Source: a bacterium (GTDB lineage Bacteria; Zhuqueibacterota; Zhuqueibacteria; Residuimicrobiales; Krinioviventaceae). From it: a DNA stretch of 64,000 bases. Under the pieces are notes generated by a model. It did no database searches. It was not told the DNA's origin and was given only the letters and a program-made list of their open reading frames with translations. Of the stretch, positions 1 to 10,036 are shown in pieces. The position numbers and the translations under genes were made by a program. The stretch covers positions 672,001-736,000 of the forward strand of contig CAXXFV010000023.1 of the NCBI GenBank assembly GCA_963674595.2, in the 5' to 3' direction. Numbering within the stretch: the first letter of the stretch is position 1; every line of letters starts with the position of its first letter.

Positions 1-1803
1 TATGCCGGTAAAATGATTTCTGCTTTTGGTGATTTTGTGGTAAAAGGTAATTATGTTGTAGGATTTATTGTATTCCTTATTTTGGTTATTATTAATTTTA
101 TCGTAATAACAAAAGGTGCAGGACGTGTTGCCGAAGTAGGTGCCCGTTTTACATTAGACTCTATGCCTGGAAAGCAAATGAGTATTGATGCTGATTTGAA
201 CGCGGGTATAATTGATGAAAGAGAAGCAAGAACGCGTCGTGAAGAAATTTCGCAGGAAGCTGATTTTTACGGAGCCATGGATGGTGCCAGTAAATTTGTC
301 AGGGGAGATGCTATTGCCGGATTAATTATAACAATATTAAATATTCTTGGTGGATTTATCGTTGGTATTGTTCAGCACCATATGGAATTTGGTGAAGCTT
401 TACAGGTTTATACCCGATTAACAATTGGTGATGGTTTGGTCTCTCAAATTCCCGCTCTTATCATTTCCACGTCTTCAGGTATGATTGTTACCAGGGCCGC
501 ATCAGAGACAAATCTCGGCACAGACCTTGGAAAGCAACTGTTCTTTAATCCACGTGTTGCCTATATTACAGCGGTTGTGCTGGTTTTACTTGGTATCACC
601 CCTGGAATGCCTTTTTTTCCATTTATATTACTGGCAGCCGGAATGGGTGTTGTTGGTTATGTTATTCAATCAAAACCGGAACAAACTGAAGAAGTTGTAG
701 AACAAGAACCTGAACAAGTTGAGGCCCCGGATGACATTCAATCTTATTTACGTGTAGAACCAATTGAATTTGAAATTGGTTATAATCTTATTCCTTTGGT
801 TGATGTTGACCAACACGGCGATTTGCTTTCAAGGATAAATGAAATAAGGAAACAGATTGCAACTGAGCTCGGTGTAGTCATTCCTCCCATTAGAATTCGT
901 GATGATATGCGTTTAAAACCAAACGAGTATGTCATTCTTATCAAGGGTAATGAAATTACCAGAAATTCGTTGATGATTGGGCAATACCTGGCCTTAAATC
1001 CGGGTGGGCTTGAATTGGAAGAGCTCAAGGGTGCAAAAGTACAGGAACCGGCATTTGGACTACCCGCAGTATGGGTAAAAGGTGATGAAAAGGAAAAGGC
1101 CGAGTTGTTGGGTTATACACTGGTCACACCTGGTGCTGTTATTGCCACCCATTTGGCCGAGGTTTTAAAAGCAAATTCGGATAAGATTTTGACCCGGCAG
1201 GATGTTCATGAACTGATTGATAATCTGAAAAAAGATCAACCTGCTCTTATTGATGAAATTATTCCAAATGTTATTACAACAGGTTCTATTGAAAAGGTCA
1301 TCAAGAATTTATTGTCTGAGCGCGTCTCCATCCGGGATTTGGGAACAATTGTTGAAACCCTGGCGCAGAACATTGGTGATACAAAAGATTTGGACCTTTT
1401 AACGGAACATGTTCGTCAGGCATTGAGTCATACCATCGTGCATCAATATTTGGACAGAAATGGACGAATAACGGCAATGGCTATTGACCCAACACTAGAG
1501 CAAAAAATGAATAGTATGATTATTGAGGCCAGAAAAGCAGGTGTTGCAGGAGCTCAGGCGCTTGGTTATGCAATGACCACAGACCTTTTGCAAAAATTAC
1601 TCACGGCCATTTCTGCCGAGATGGACCGATTTGAGAAAAAAGGCCATCAACCAATTATAATAACATCACCAACATTGCGAATGTATTTTAGAAAATTAGT
1701 AGAGCCGATATTTAAAAACTTGATAATTTTATCCTATGCAGAAATTCCAGCACAGGTGGAAATTCAAACGATAGGTGTTGTGAGGGTAGCCAATGAGGGT
1801 TGA
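1..1803 (+). CDS. flhA: Flagellar export gate protein FlhA (5' end outside window)
   Basis: FHIPEP motif RVAEVGARFTLDSMPGKQMSIDADL, FYGAMDGASKFVRGDAIAG and a cytoplasmic domain; the frame is open from position 1. Confidence 0.97.
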   Translation, partial: YAGKMISAFGDFVVKGNYVVGFIVFLILVIINFIVITKGAGRVAEVGARFTLDSMPGKQMSIDADLNAGIIDEREARTRREEISQEADFYGAMDGASKFVRGDAIAGLIITILNILGGFIVGIVQHHMEFGEALQVYTRLTIGDGLVSQIPALIISTSSGMIVTRAASETNLGTDLGKQLFFNPRVAYITAVVLVLLGITPGMPFFPFILLAAGMGVVGYVIQSKPEQTEEVVEQEPEQVEAPDDIQSYLRVEPIEFEIGYNLIPLVDVDQHGDLLSRINEIRKQIATELGVVIPPIRIRDDMRLKPNEYVILIKGNEITRNSLMIGQYLALNPGGLELEELKGAKVQEPAFGLPAVWVKGDEKEKAELLGYTLVTPGAVIATHLAEVLKANSDKILTRQDVHELIDNLKKDQPALIDEIIPNVITTGSIEKVIKNLLSERVSIRDLGTIVETLAQNIGDTKDLDLLTEHVRQALSHTIVHQYLDRNGRITAMAIDPTLEQKMNSMIIEARKAGVAGAQALGYAMTTDLLQKLLTAISAEMDRFEKKGHQPIIITSPTLRMYFRKLVEPIFKNLIILSYAEIPAQVEIQTIGVVRVANEG

Positions 1804-3235
1804 ACGGTTTAAAGCTGCAACAATGCGCGAAGCGTTAAATGCGGTTAAAGAAAAGTTGGGTGAAAATGCAGTAATTTTAAACTCAAAAACGAATCCGGAC
1901 GGTGTAGAAATTATTGCAGCGTTGGATGAACCACACAAAGATAACTTGTTGTGGAAAAATGTTTTGCCATTTCAGGAAAAACCGGAAAATTTTTCCAGCG
2001 GTGGATATTTGAATATGACTTTACCGGCTGATGATCAAGAAAATGCCGCCCAAAGTAGTGGCTTTAAAACTTATGATTTTAAAGGCAATGTTCCCAAAGA
2101 AAAGCTTGACAATCGTGTTATCAACCGACAGACCAAGCAAGGTATGAAAGATCATAAAGAAGCCAAAGGTGAAGAATCTACCGACCGGCTATCGCACTCT
2201 GAAAAAACGGCCGAACAGACAAAAGAATTTGCCGAAACCATGCGCAGAGAAATGCAAATAATAGACCGGCAAAAGGAACTGTGGCTCGAGTCAGAAAAAA
2301 AATTAAATGAGCTTAAACAGGAAATTGCCGAATTGCGTGAGTCTTTATTAAAACAAGAGCTTGCGGCGCTTAAAGAAAAAGCAAATTTGATGCAATTAAA
2401 AGAGCGTCCTCAAAAACGTTCTAAAAAACAGGATCAATTGAGTAAAAAATATTATCAACAGATTTCATCACATTTAAATCGAAATGGTGTTGCAGATGAA
2501 ATGATCCATAAAATTCTTCATAAAGTTGATGACAAGGTTGACAAATTAAATATCGATTTATCTTCTGAAACAGGAATACGCAGACTAAAAGAGTGTTTAG
2601 CAGACGAAATAGTAAGCTTGATACCTGTTTCAAAATTAGAACATAAAGCAGGGCAGACCAGAATTATCGCTGTTGTCGGTCCGTCTCATTCCGGCAAGAC
2701 CACAACGTGTATGAAGCTGGCTGTTAAATCTTCTGTTATGCAAAAGAAAAAAGTTGCCCTGATTTTAATAAGTACTTCAACCGATACAACATCCAAACAT
2801 CTTTCGTTGTTGGCAAAAGCGGCTCAACTGCCATTGGCAATTGTAACCACTCCTGTTGAACTTGAAAAAACAATAGCCGGCCACGAAGACAAGGATATGA
2901 TTGTTATAGATTTTGCATTAAGTGACAAAGAGAATTCAGATATTTCTGCAATTAATAAATATTTGAATATAATACCATCCGTTGAAACACATTTGGTAAT
3001 ACCAATGAATGATGATAAAAATAAAATTGTTAATATTGCTCAACATTATTTATCTGTTGATTATCATCATATTATATCAACAATGATTGACAAAATGGAA
3101 AACCTGGGAGGCATGTTAGAGCTGTTCCAAAATATTAAAAAACCTTTGTCATATATTTGTAATGGTGAAATGATTCCGGACCATATTGAACCGGCGTATG
3201 CAGCAAAATCCACACGTATGATTTTGAAAGGATAG
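1793..3235 (+). CDS. flhF: FlhF-like SRP-family protein with degenerate GTPase motifs
   Basis: N-terminus MRVERFKAATMREALNAVKEKLGENAVIL, P-loop GPSHSGKTTT, position between flhA and flhG. Confidence 0.88.
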   Translation: MRVERFKAATMREALNAVKEKLGENAVILNSKTNPDGVEIIAALDEPHKDNLLWKNVLPFQEKPENFSSGGYLNMTLPADDQENAAQSSGFKTYDFKGNVPKEKLDNRVINRQTKQGMKDHKEAKGEESTDRLSHSEKTAEQTKEFAETMRREMQIIDRQKELWLESEKKLNELKQEIAELRESLLKQELAALKEKANLMQLKERPQKRSKKQDQLSKKYYQQISSHLNRNGVADEMIHKILHKVDDKVDKLNIDLSSETGIRRLKECLADEIVSLIPVSKLEHKAGQTRIIAVVGPSHSGKTTTCMKLAVKSSVMQKKKVALILISTSTDTTSKHLSLLAKAAQLPLAIVTTPVELEKTIAGHEDKDMIVIDFALSDKENSDISAINKYLNIIPSVETHLVIPMNDDKNKIVNIAQHYLSVDYHHIISTMIDKMENLGGMLELFQNIKKPLSYICNGEMIPDHIEPAYAAKSTRMILKG

Positions 3236-3240
3236 AGAGC

Positions 3241-4053
3241 ATGATCGACCAGGAACAACATATTAAAGAAATTATAGAAAGAAATGAGACGAGAAAATCT
3301 CAGGTGATTGCTGTTACCAGCGGCAAAGGAGGAGTCGGAAAATCCAATGTTTCATTAAATCTCGCCATTGCCCTTGCAGAGTTTGGTAAAAAGGTGGTTG
3401 TTATAGATGCCGATTCTAATTTTGCTAATATTGATATTATGCTGGGTATAAGCCCCAAATTTAATGTTCATAATTTTGTGTTGGATGATTTACCTCTTGA
3501 AAAAATCATTGTTCAACATCCGTCCGGAATTGATGTTATTGCCAATAGTTCCGGCAGCAATGCCTGGCAAAATATCGATGAGTTAATGATGACAAAATTT
3601 TTCGATCTGTTGTATAAACTCATTGATAAATATGACTTTATTGTGTTGGATACAGCCGCTGGTGTTGCCCCGTTGACAATTGATCTTGCCACCCGGTCTG
3701 ATAGTATCCTTATGGTTACAACGGCCGAGCCGACAGCAATTTCAGATACTTATGCTATGATTAAACTTTTAGATTCAATTAAACATGACGCACCTATTAA
3801 CTTGTTACAAAACATGGTATCAAAACCATCTCAAGTAACAGATGTGTATGAACGGCTCTCATTAGTTTTGCAGTATTTTCTTGATACTAATATTGGTATT
3901 GCCGGATACATTGCATTTGATGAAAACGTAAGGTCCGCTGTTGAGCAACAAAGGCCTTTTATACAGGCTTTTCCTGATTCTATTGCAAGTTCCAATATCA
4001 GGGTTTTAGCCAAGGCTTATGTTGCGCAAGAAGTTGAAAAAGAAAAGAATTAA
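3241..4053 (+). CDS. flhG: FlhG/FleN MinD-like ATPase
   Basis: Deviant Walker A VTSGKGGVGKS, DTAAG, EPTAISDTYAMIK; follows flhF. Confidence 0.92.
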   Translation: MIDQEQHIKEIIERNETRKSQVIAVTSGKGGVGKSNVSLNLAIALAEFGKKVVVIDADSNFANIDIMLGISPKFNVHNFVLDDLPLEKIIVQHPSGIDVIANSSGSNAWQNIDELMMTKFFDLLYKLIDKYDFIVLDTAAGVAPLTIDLATRSDSILMVTTAEPTAISDTYAMIKLLDSIKHDAPINLLQNMVSKPSQVTDVYERLSLVLQYFLDTNIGIAGYIAFDENVRSAVEQQRPFIQAFPDSIASSNIRVLAKAYVAQEVEKEKN

Positions 4054-4077
4054 TATTTATATGAGGATGTGAGGAAG

Positions 4078-4353
4078 ATGAAGGAAATTGTTGGAGCAAT
4101 AAGTGGAATCGTTGCATTCGGAATTTTTACTACTTGTATAATACAACATGTAAGCGTGGAAGCTATTTTTCTTCGAACTATTGCCGCTTTTATCATGTGT
4201 TATATATTTACCTATATTTCGTTTGCTTTGTTTTTTATTACCATGAAAGACTATAAAGAAGAAAAAGACTTGCACAAGGGTAAAAAAACTATTAAAGCAA
4301 AAAGTAAAAATGCAGACGCTCAAAATTCTGAAAAACCTGCTGCTGCTGCTTAA
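4078..4353 (+). CDS. Small two-TM hypothetical membrane protein
   Basis: Two hydrophobic segments and a basic tail; GAGGA before ATG 4078 (alternative GTG 4069); lies between flhG and fliA. Confidence 0.7.
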   Translation: MKEIVGAISGIVAFGIFTTCIIQHVSVEAIFLRTIAAFIMCYIFTYISFALFFITMKDYKEEKDLHKGKKTIKAKSKNADAQNSEKPAAAA

Positions 4354-4377
4354 TGTATAATTATATGGAGCATTTAA

Positions 4378-5148
4378 TTGTCTGAATGTGTTGAAAAGAA
4401 ATGGATTGATTATATAAAATCACGCAATCCGAAATTACGTGATCAATTAGTTATTCAATATCAACCCCTGGTTTATTATGTTGCTAAAGGATTTCAAAGG
4501 GGAAATGAGCATACCGGCGTGTTGGAATGGGATGACTTGATTAGTGCCGGTATGTTAGGATTGCTGGATGCGATCGATCGTTTTGATCCGGAAAGAAATA
4601 TAAAGTTTGAAACCTATGCAATATTACGTATTCGTGGTGCTATACTCGATACATTAAGAAGTATAGATTGGGCGCCGAGAAATACACGTAAGAAAATTAA
4701 AAAAGTTATGAATACTATGGCGGAGCTTCAAAACCAATTAAAAAGAAATCCTACTGAGGTGGAAATTTCCAGTGCATTAAATATTTCTGTGGACGAATAC
4801 CGCAAAGTTTTAGATGAAATGACGTTAACACGGTTTATATCATTACAAGATTTAATTGTCTTGAACAATGATGACAAGGTTACTCGGGAAAAATTAATAC
4901 ATGATACAGGGATTGACGACGACTATCATGATAGTAATGATGATTTGCGTGATGTTATAACTCATGCTCTTGAAAATATGCCTGCTAAGGAAAGGCTTTT
5001 ACTGGTCCTGTATTATTATGAAGGTTTGAACATGTCAGAAATTGCATCTGTATTGAATATAACCGAGTCCCGAGTAAGTCAGTTAAATTCACAAGCTCTT
5101 ATTCGTTTAAAGGTTTTGCTTACTGAAAAATACAGTTATGCAGCTTGA
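4378..5148 (+). CDS. fliA: RNA polymerase sigma-28 factor FliA
   Basis: DDLISAGMLGLLDAIDRFDPERNIKFETYAILRIRGAILD and region 4 EIASVLNITESRVSQL; TTG start with GGAG SD. Confidence 0.95.
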   Translation: MSECVEKKWIDYIKSRNPKLRDQLVIQYQPLVYYVAKGFQRGNEHTGVLEWDDLISAGMLGLLDAIDRFDPERNIKFETYAILRIRGAILDTLRSIDWAPRNTRKKIKKVMNTMAELQNQLKRNPTEVEISSALNISVDEYRKVLDEMTLTRFISLQDLIVLNNDDKVTREKLIHDTGIDDDYHDSNDDLRDVITHALENMPAKERLLLVLYYYEGLNMSEIASVLNITESRVSQLNSQALIRLKVLLTEKYSYAA

Positions 5149-5181
5149 TGTTTTAATTAATGTTATGTGGGAGGATTTAAA

Positions 5182-5505
5182 ATGTCTGCACCCATTGATG
5201 TTCCTCAAAATTTACAAATTATGGTTCCACATGTAGAAAAAGTGGAGCAACCAAAAGAATCTGCAGCAAATAATTCTGCAAATCAATTTGAGAATTTGCA
5301 CACAAAGTTGGGGCAAAAACATCACGATCAGTATATAAAAAAAGATAAAAAGCAAAAAGAGAAAGACCAGGGGAATGCACAGCAACAACAACAATCAGAT
5401 TCTGATGAACAACAATTAGATGATAACAACGCAAACGACTCGGGTTATTCAAAAAATTCTAATACTGAAATTTCTTTGGGGAAAAAACTGGATGTTTCTA
5501 TTTAA
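5182..5505 (+). CDS. Hypothetical low-complexity protein downstream of fliA
   Basis: GGAGGA SD; Q/K/D-rich; C-terminus LGKKLDVSI. Confidence 0.7.
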   Translation: MSAPIDVPQNLQIMVPHVEKVEQPKESAANNSANQFENLHTKLGQKHHDQYIKKDKKQKEKDQGNAQQQQQSDSDEQQLDDNNANDSGYSKNSNTEISLGKKLDVSI

Positions 5506-5714
5506 TTGTATTTAATAGTCCAATCAATCCAATCAAATCTTTTCTATGATCATGTTACCTTTACTCTACACTTTTAAAAAAAGCGACGGGATATTGTTTC
5601 TGCTTATAAACAAACTGAGTCATACGAGCCACAATATTTTAAGAGTGTTTAAAATATACGGTGTTATTCGTTTTTGTAAGTTGTTTAAAAACAGTAAATG
5701 AAAGTTTTGAACAC

Positions 5715-5730
5715 TGGCACACTGTTTGCT
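5715..5730 (+). promoter_or_regulatory. Sigma-54 (-24/-12) promoter of the first chemotaxis unit
   Basis: TGGCAC-ACTGT-TTGCT, exact GG-N10-GC spacing. Confidence 0.8.
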
Positions 5731-5829
5731 TTATGCAATATGAAAAACCAAAGTTATATTTAGTAAAGTATAAATGGAATTTTGTAATGGGTGTACAGCT
5801 TGTTAAAGGTGTTAGAAGAGGGTTAATTA

Positions 5830-6216
5830 ATGCGAAGTCAAAGAAAAATACTCGTTGTCGATGATGAGGCAATGATACGTGATATCATGGAAGTAGCGTT
5901 TGAAGACGCTGGATATGACGTTACTTGTGTTGAAAGCGGAGAAGAGGCATTAAAAATAGCGGAGGAAGCCACCTTTTCAGTCATGTTTATTGACATTCAG
6001 CTAGGTGGAATGAGTGGTCTGGAGTTAGCACGGGCGATCCGGAAAAAACAACCTTTTGCTCAAATTATAGCAATGACTGGGTATTCTGCCTTTTATGACG
6101 AGAAAGAATGTATGGCCCATGGTTGTAATGCATTTTTCCCCAAACCGTTGAATTTGGCCGAGCTTATACGTTTAGCTCAATATTCATTTGCCAAAGTGGG
6201 TGGTGCTGTTATTTAA
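5830..6216 (+). CDS. Single-domain response regulator
   Basis: ILVVDDE, FIDIQLGGMSG (phosphoacceptor Asp), AMTG, PKP. Confidence 0.9.
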   Translation: MRSQRKILVVDDEAMIRDIMEVAFEDAGYDVTCVESGEEALKIAEEATFSVMFIDIQLGGMSGLELARAIRKKQPFAQIIAMTGYSAFYDEKECMAHGCNAFFPKPLNLAELIRLAQYSFAKVGGAVI

Positions 6217-6377
6217 CAGATGTGTAGTTATAATTTTAATTATAATGAATAATATTATTATTCATAATGTTTTTTAATTAAATATAAGCCATTATTACGA
6301 TTTGATCGATTTACAATAAAAAAAAATTAATGTTAATATAAATTTTATCAAAGGCATTTTAAAAGGAGAAAAAAATT

Positions 6378-6761
6378 ATGGTACTTAGAGCCTTGGTAGT
6401 TGATGATTCTAAGGTGATGCGGACGATGGTCAAGAATTCCCTTGATAAGACTGGGTTGGCGAAATTCAAGTTTACTGAGGCACAGGATGGTGCGGATGCG
6501 TTGCAAAAATTTGATCCTAAAAATATCGACATTTGCTTTGTTGACTGGAATATGCCAAAAATGAACGGATTTGATTTTGCACTTGAAGTTCGTGGCATTC
6601 GAGGAACCCGGCATATCCCTATCGTATTTATTACAAGTGAAAAAACAATGGGAAAAATGATGGATGCAACTGATAAAGCAGGTGCAAATGCATTTATTTG
6701 CAAACCCTTTACTGTAGATGAATTGAAACATAAATTAAAACCGATTCTCGATAAAATGTAA
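6378..6761 (+). CDS. cheY: CheY-like response regulator
   Basis: LVVDDSKVMR, DWNMPKMNG, FITSE, CKPFT; adjacent to cheX and cheA. Confidence 0.88.
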   Translation: MVLRALVVDDSKVMRTMVKNSLDKTGLAKFKFTEAQDGADALQKFDPKNIDICFVDWNMPKMNGFDFALEVRGIRGTRHIPIVFITSEKTMGKMMDATDKAGANAFICKPFTVDELKHKLKPILDKM

Positions 6762-6833
6762 AATAATTCGAAATATATTTTCCATAGTATCTTCCTTGAT
6801 GAGGAAGAGAAATAAAGATTTAGGAGCGCAAAT

Positions 6834-7337
6834 ATGATAGCAGATGTAAAACCAGTAGCTAATTTAACAGAACAACAACTAGATTGTATTCGAGAAGCTG
6901 TGAAAACTACTTTTTCTTCAATTTATGGAGAAGATATTAACTATCTCGGTGACAATGTAGAGGGAACTACATCAAAAAAAGGCGGTGGTGTTGTTGGTAT
7001 TATTTCCTTTATCGGTGATTTAGCCTGGTCTTTGATGTTGGGTTTACCTGAAGAAACAGCCATGGCTTTAGCTTCGAAATTTGCAGGATTTGAAATTGAT
7101 TTTGAAAGTGAAGATATGGGAGATGTGGTTGGTGAATTGGCAAATATTGTAGCCGGAGATTTGGTAGCACGATTGGACGCTATTGGCGCTAAAGTAAACA
7201 TGTCCCTGCCGACAATTGCCCGTGGACGTGATTTTGAATTATTATTGCCGGATAAGCTTCCTTCTTTAAGAGTCGGTTTTACTGCAAGTGAAGGTGAGTT
7301 TTGGATAAAACTCGCTGTCGGAGAACCTAAAAGATAA
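6834..7337 (+). CDS. cheX: CheX-family CheY-P phosphatase
   Basis: VVGIISFIGD, E-x2-N motif DVVGELANIVAG, MSLPTIARG. Confidence 0.88.
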   Translation: MIADVKPVANLTEQQLDCIREAVKTTFSSIYGEDINYLGDNVEGTTSKKGGGVVGIISFIGDLAWSLMLGLPEETAMALASKFAGFEIDFESEDMGDVVGELANIVAGDLVARLDAIGAKVNMSLPTIARGRDFELLLPDKLPSLRVGFTASEGEFWIKLAVGEPKR

Positions 7338-7350
7338 AAATTTTATATAA

Positions 7351-7683
7351 ATGGACCTGCATAGAATGGAACAGGAACTGATTAAAAAACTTAAAAAGCT
7401 CAAACCTGTTGTATCGACATTGGCTGTGGAAGATATTGAAAAACATTCCATAGTTGTTGATGAATTATTGGAAGTTTTTAATAAACTTCCTGACCAGTTT
7501 AAAACAGCAAAAGCTCTTTTAAAGCTATGTGCTCAAGTCGTTGCAAACTTTTCACATACACAATACAAGGGGGTTTTGGAATTAATTTCATCTGCTTGTG
7601 TTACGATTGTAAAATCCCTTAAAAAACAAAATGAATCAGAGTATATCCGGATTTTAATGCTATTTCAAGTGAAATATTTTTAA
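7351..7683 (+). CDS. Helical hypothetical protein, possibly the frameshifted N-terminus of CheA
   Basis: The cheA frame is open from 7635 to the cheA ATG and overlaps this ORF's 3' end. Confidence 0.55.
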   Translation: MDLHRMEQELIKKLKKLKPVVSTLAVEDIEKHSIVVDELLEVFNKLPDQFKTAKALLKLCAQVVANFSHTQYKGVLELISSACVTIVKSLKKQNESEYIRILMLFQVKYF

Positions 7684-7739
7684 AAATCGGAGAATCAGGT
7701 GAAAATTGGATTGATGATTATATTAACAAGGATATTTCT

Positions 7740-9929
7740 ATGAGTTCACAGGAATCTGTATACACAATTAATGATTTAGCTGCATTAATTATTCAGTTAG
7801 ATATGGAAAATCCTTCATATTTTGATGATATTGTTAAAATTTCTCAGGAACTTTTATTACAATCAACTCTTCCGGAATCGGTTAAAGCAATTGTACGTGA
7901 AATTGATGAAAAAGCAAAAGATATTGATGACCTTTCTGAAGATGAAAAGGAAGATAATATTGCTGATATTGGACGTTTGGTCGGCCGTGCATTGCGTTTA
8001 TCTGTCGAATTGGAAGACGCTGACCAAGACAAAATAGAAGAAGTTGAACAAGTTGAAAAAGATGTTTCTACAAAAGATAACGGTTTTGATGATTCTGCAA
8101 ACGACAGCTTGAGCGATCCTTTTGCACAGTTATTGTCAGAAGATGCTGATTTATCTATTCTGAAAGAATATATCGTAGAATCCAGAGAATTTTTAGAAGA
8201 TGCTGAAGCATCTTTGCTTCAATTAGAAACAGACCCTTCTGATGAAGAAGCCATTAATGTTGTATTCCGTGCTTTTCACTCCATTAAAGGTACATCAGGA
8301 TTTTTGGGGTTGGAACCAATTACCGGCTTTTCTCATTCGGCTGAAAATTTATTGAGTCGTGTAAGAGATGGCGAAATTATATGCAAGGGCTATTATGCCG
8401 ATTTATCCCTGAAATCTGTTGATATGTTGAAAGAACTTATTTCCCTGGTTGAAGAAGCAATAAATGATGAGCCTGTTAGTAAGCCACCCGGTTATGATGC
8501 CTTGTTAACTCACCTTGCTCGTGCTGAAAAAGCAAGTGCCGAAGAAATTCAGCATATGCTGGGGCAGGAAGTAGAAAGTGAACCGGCTGTTTCAAAAAAT
8601 GAAAGTGCATCGGTCACTTCACTTTCCGATGATACAAATATGCCTGGAGTTATTGAAACAAAACCTGAACAGGGAAAAGCCAGTAGTAAAGTTGCGGCAG
8701 ATTCAACATTACGTGTCAGTACCAATCGGTTAGATCAACTTATCGATATTGTCGGTGAACTTGTTATTGCTCATTCAATGGTTGCTCAGGACGGCACCTT
8801 GTTGAATAATAGTAATTATGAGTTTTTGAAAAAAGTCACTCATTCCGGGAAAATTGTCCGTGAACTTCAGGACCTGAGTATGTCTCTGCGGATGATCCCT
8901 TTGCAAGCCACATTTCAAAAAATGAACAGACTTGTCAGGGACACTGCTCAGAAGAAAAATAAAATGGTAAAGTTGATTACAGATGGTGAGGAAACCGAAG
9001 TCGATAGAAATATGGTTGACCTGATAAAAGATCCTCTTGTACATATTTTGCGAAACGCCGTAGATCATGGAATTGAAATGCCGGATGTAAGGGAAGCAAA
9101 TGGCAAGTCAGCAACCGGGACTGTAAAATTATCAGCTTTTCATTCCGGCGGAAATGTTGTTGTGCAAATTCAGGATGACGGCAAAGGTTTGGATAAAGAT
9201 AAAATTATTAAAAAAGCTATTGATAAAGGGATTTTAAGCCCGGATAGCAACATCTCTGATGAAGAAGCTTTTAATTTAATCTTTTTACCGGCTTTTTCTA
9301 CGGCTGATAAAATAACAGATGTTTCCGGACGAGGAGTCGGTTTGGATGTTGTCCGAAAAAATATTGAAGCTTTACGCGGTAGAATTGAGTTGACCTCTGA
9401 AGCCGGACAGGGCTCTACCTTTACAATCAAAGTACCGTTGACGTTGGCTATAACGGATGGTATGTTGATTAAAATCGGTGAAGAGAGATACATTGTTCCA
9501 ACTGTTAATATTCACCGAAGCCTTAAACCGGAAAAATCTATATTGTCAACTATAAATGGTAAGAGTGAAATGGTGATGATAGAAGGTGAATTTATACCGA
9601 TCTTTCGTATTCATTCACTTTTTGATATACAAAACGCCATACAAAATCCATTGGATGGCTTGCTTGTTGTTGTTGACGATGGCGGGCGAAGGTGTGCCCT
9701 GCTTGTTGATGAATTGTTAGGCAAACAACAGGTTGTTACTAAATCATTAGGTGCCGGTATGGGTAAGGTAAAAGGCATCGCCGGTGGTGCTATTTTAGGC
9801 GATGGACGGGTTGGCCTTATTTTAGATACTGTAGAAATTGCAGCTCTGGCTCGCCAGACAGTCAGTGAATTAAAAGATGAGAATTGGAAAAGAGTTGCGC
9901 AGCATAATGATAAAGGAATAACTGTTTAA
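7740..9929 (+). CDS. cheA: Chemotaxis histidine kinase CheA
   Basis: Hpt FRAFHSIKG, dimerisation LRVSTNRLDQL, HILRNAVDHGIE, DVSGRGVGLDVV, C-terminal CheW domain. Confidence 0.97.
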   Translation: MSSQESVYTINDLAALIIQLDMENPSYFDDIVKISQELLLQSTLPESVKAIVREIDEKAKDIDDLSEDEKEDNIADIGRLVGRALRLSVELEDADQDKIEEVEQVEKDVSTKDNGFDDSANDSLSDPFAQLLSEDADLSILKEYIVESREFLEDAEASLLQLETDPSDEEAINVVFRAFHSIKGTSGFLGLEPITGFSHSAENLLSRVRDGEIICKGYYADLSLKSVDMLKELISLVEEAINDEPVSKPPGYDALLTHLARAEKASAEEIQHMLGQEVESEPAVSKNESASVTSLSDDTNMPGVIETKPEQGKASSKVAADSTLRVSTNRLDQLIDIVGELVIAHSMVAQDGTLLNNSNYEFLKKVTHSGKIVRELQDLSMSLRMIPLQATFQKMNRLVRDTAQKKNKMVKLITDGEETEVDRNMVDLIKDPLVHILRNAVDHGIEMPDVREANGKSATGTVKLSAFHSGGNVVVQIQDDGKGLDKDKIIKKAIDKGILSPDSNISDEEAFNLIFLPAFSTADKITDVSGRGVGLDVVRKNIEALRGRIELTSEAGQGSTFTIKVPLTLAITDGMLIKIGEERYIVPTVNIHRSLKPEKSILSTINGKSEMVMIEGEFIPIFRIHSLFDIQNAIQNPLDGLLVVVDDGGRRCALLVDELLGKQQVVTKSLGAGMGKVKGIAGGAILGDGRVGLILDTVEIAALARQTVSELKDENWKRVAQHNDKGITV

Positions 9930-9943
9930 TGTTATTCCTTTTT
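9912..9943 (+). terminator. Hairpin with T-tract at the cheA 3' end
   Basis: AAAGGAATAAC / GTTATTCCTTT inverted repeat followed by T-rich sequence. Confidence 0.5.
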
Positions 9944-10036
9944 ATCTCTTTTTTTCCTTTTTCCCATTTATTATTAAAATTTAAAATGTAATACAATTAA
10001 TCAACAAAATTGCTATGATTTTGGAAGGAGATCAAC

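Noticed and set aside
5639-5872. Small ORFs in the fliA-che intergenic region
   Set aside because: They overlap the sigma-54 promoter, have no SD and no recognisable motif
7618-7634. A-run (CTTAAAAAAC) as a programmed -1 frameshift site into cheA
   Set aside because: The -1 frame hits TGA at 7632 straight away; any fusion must occur after 7634
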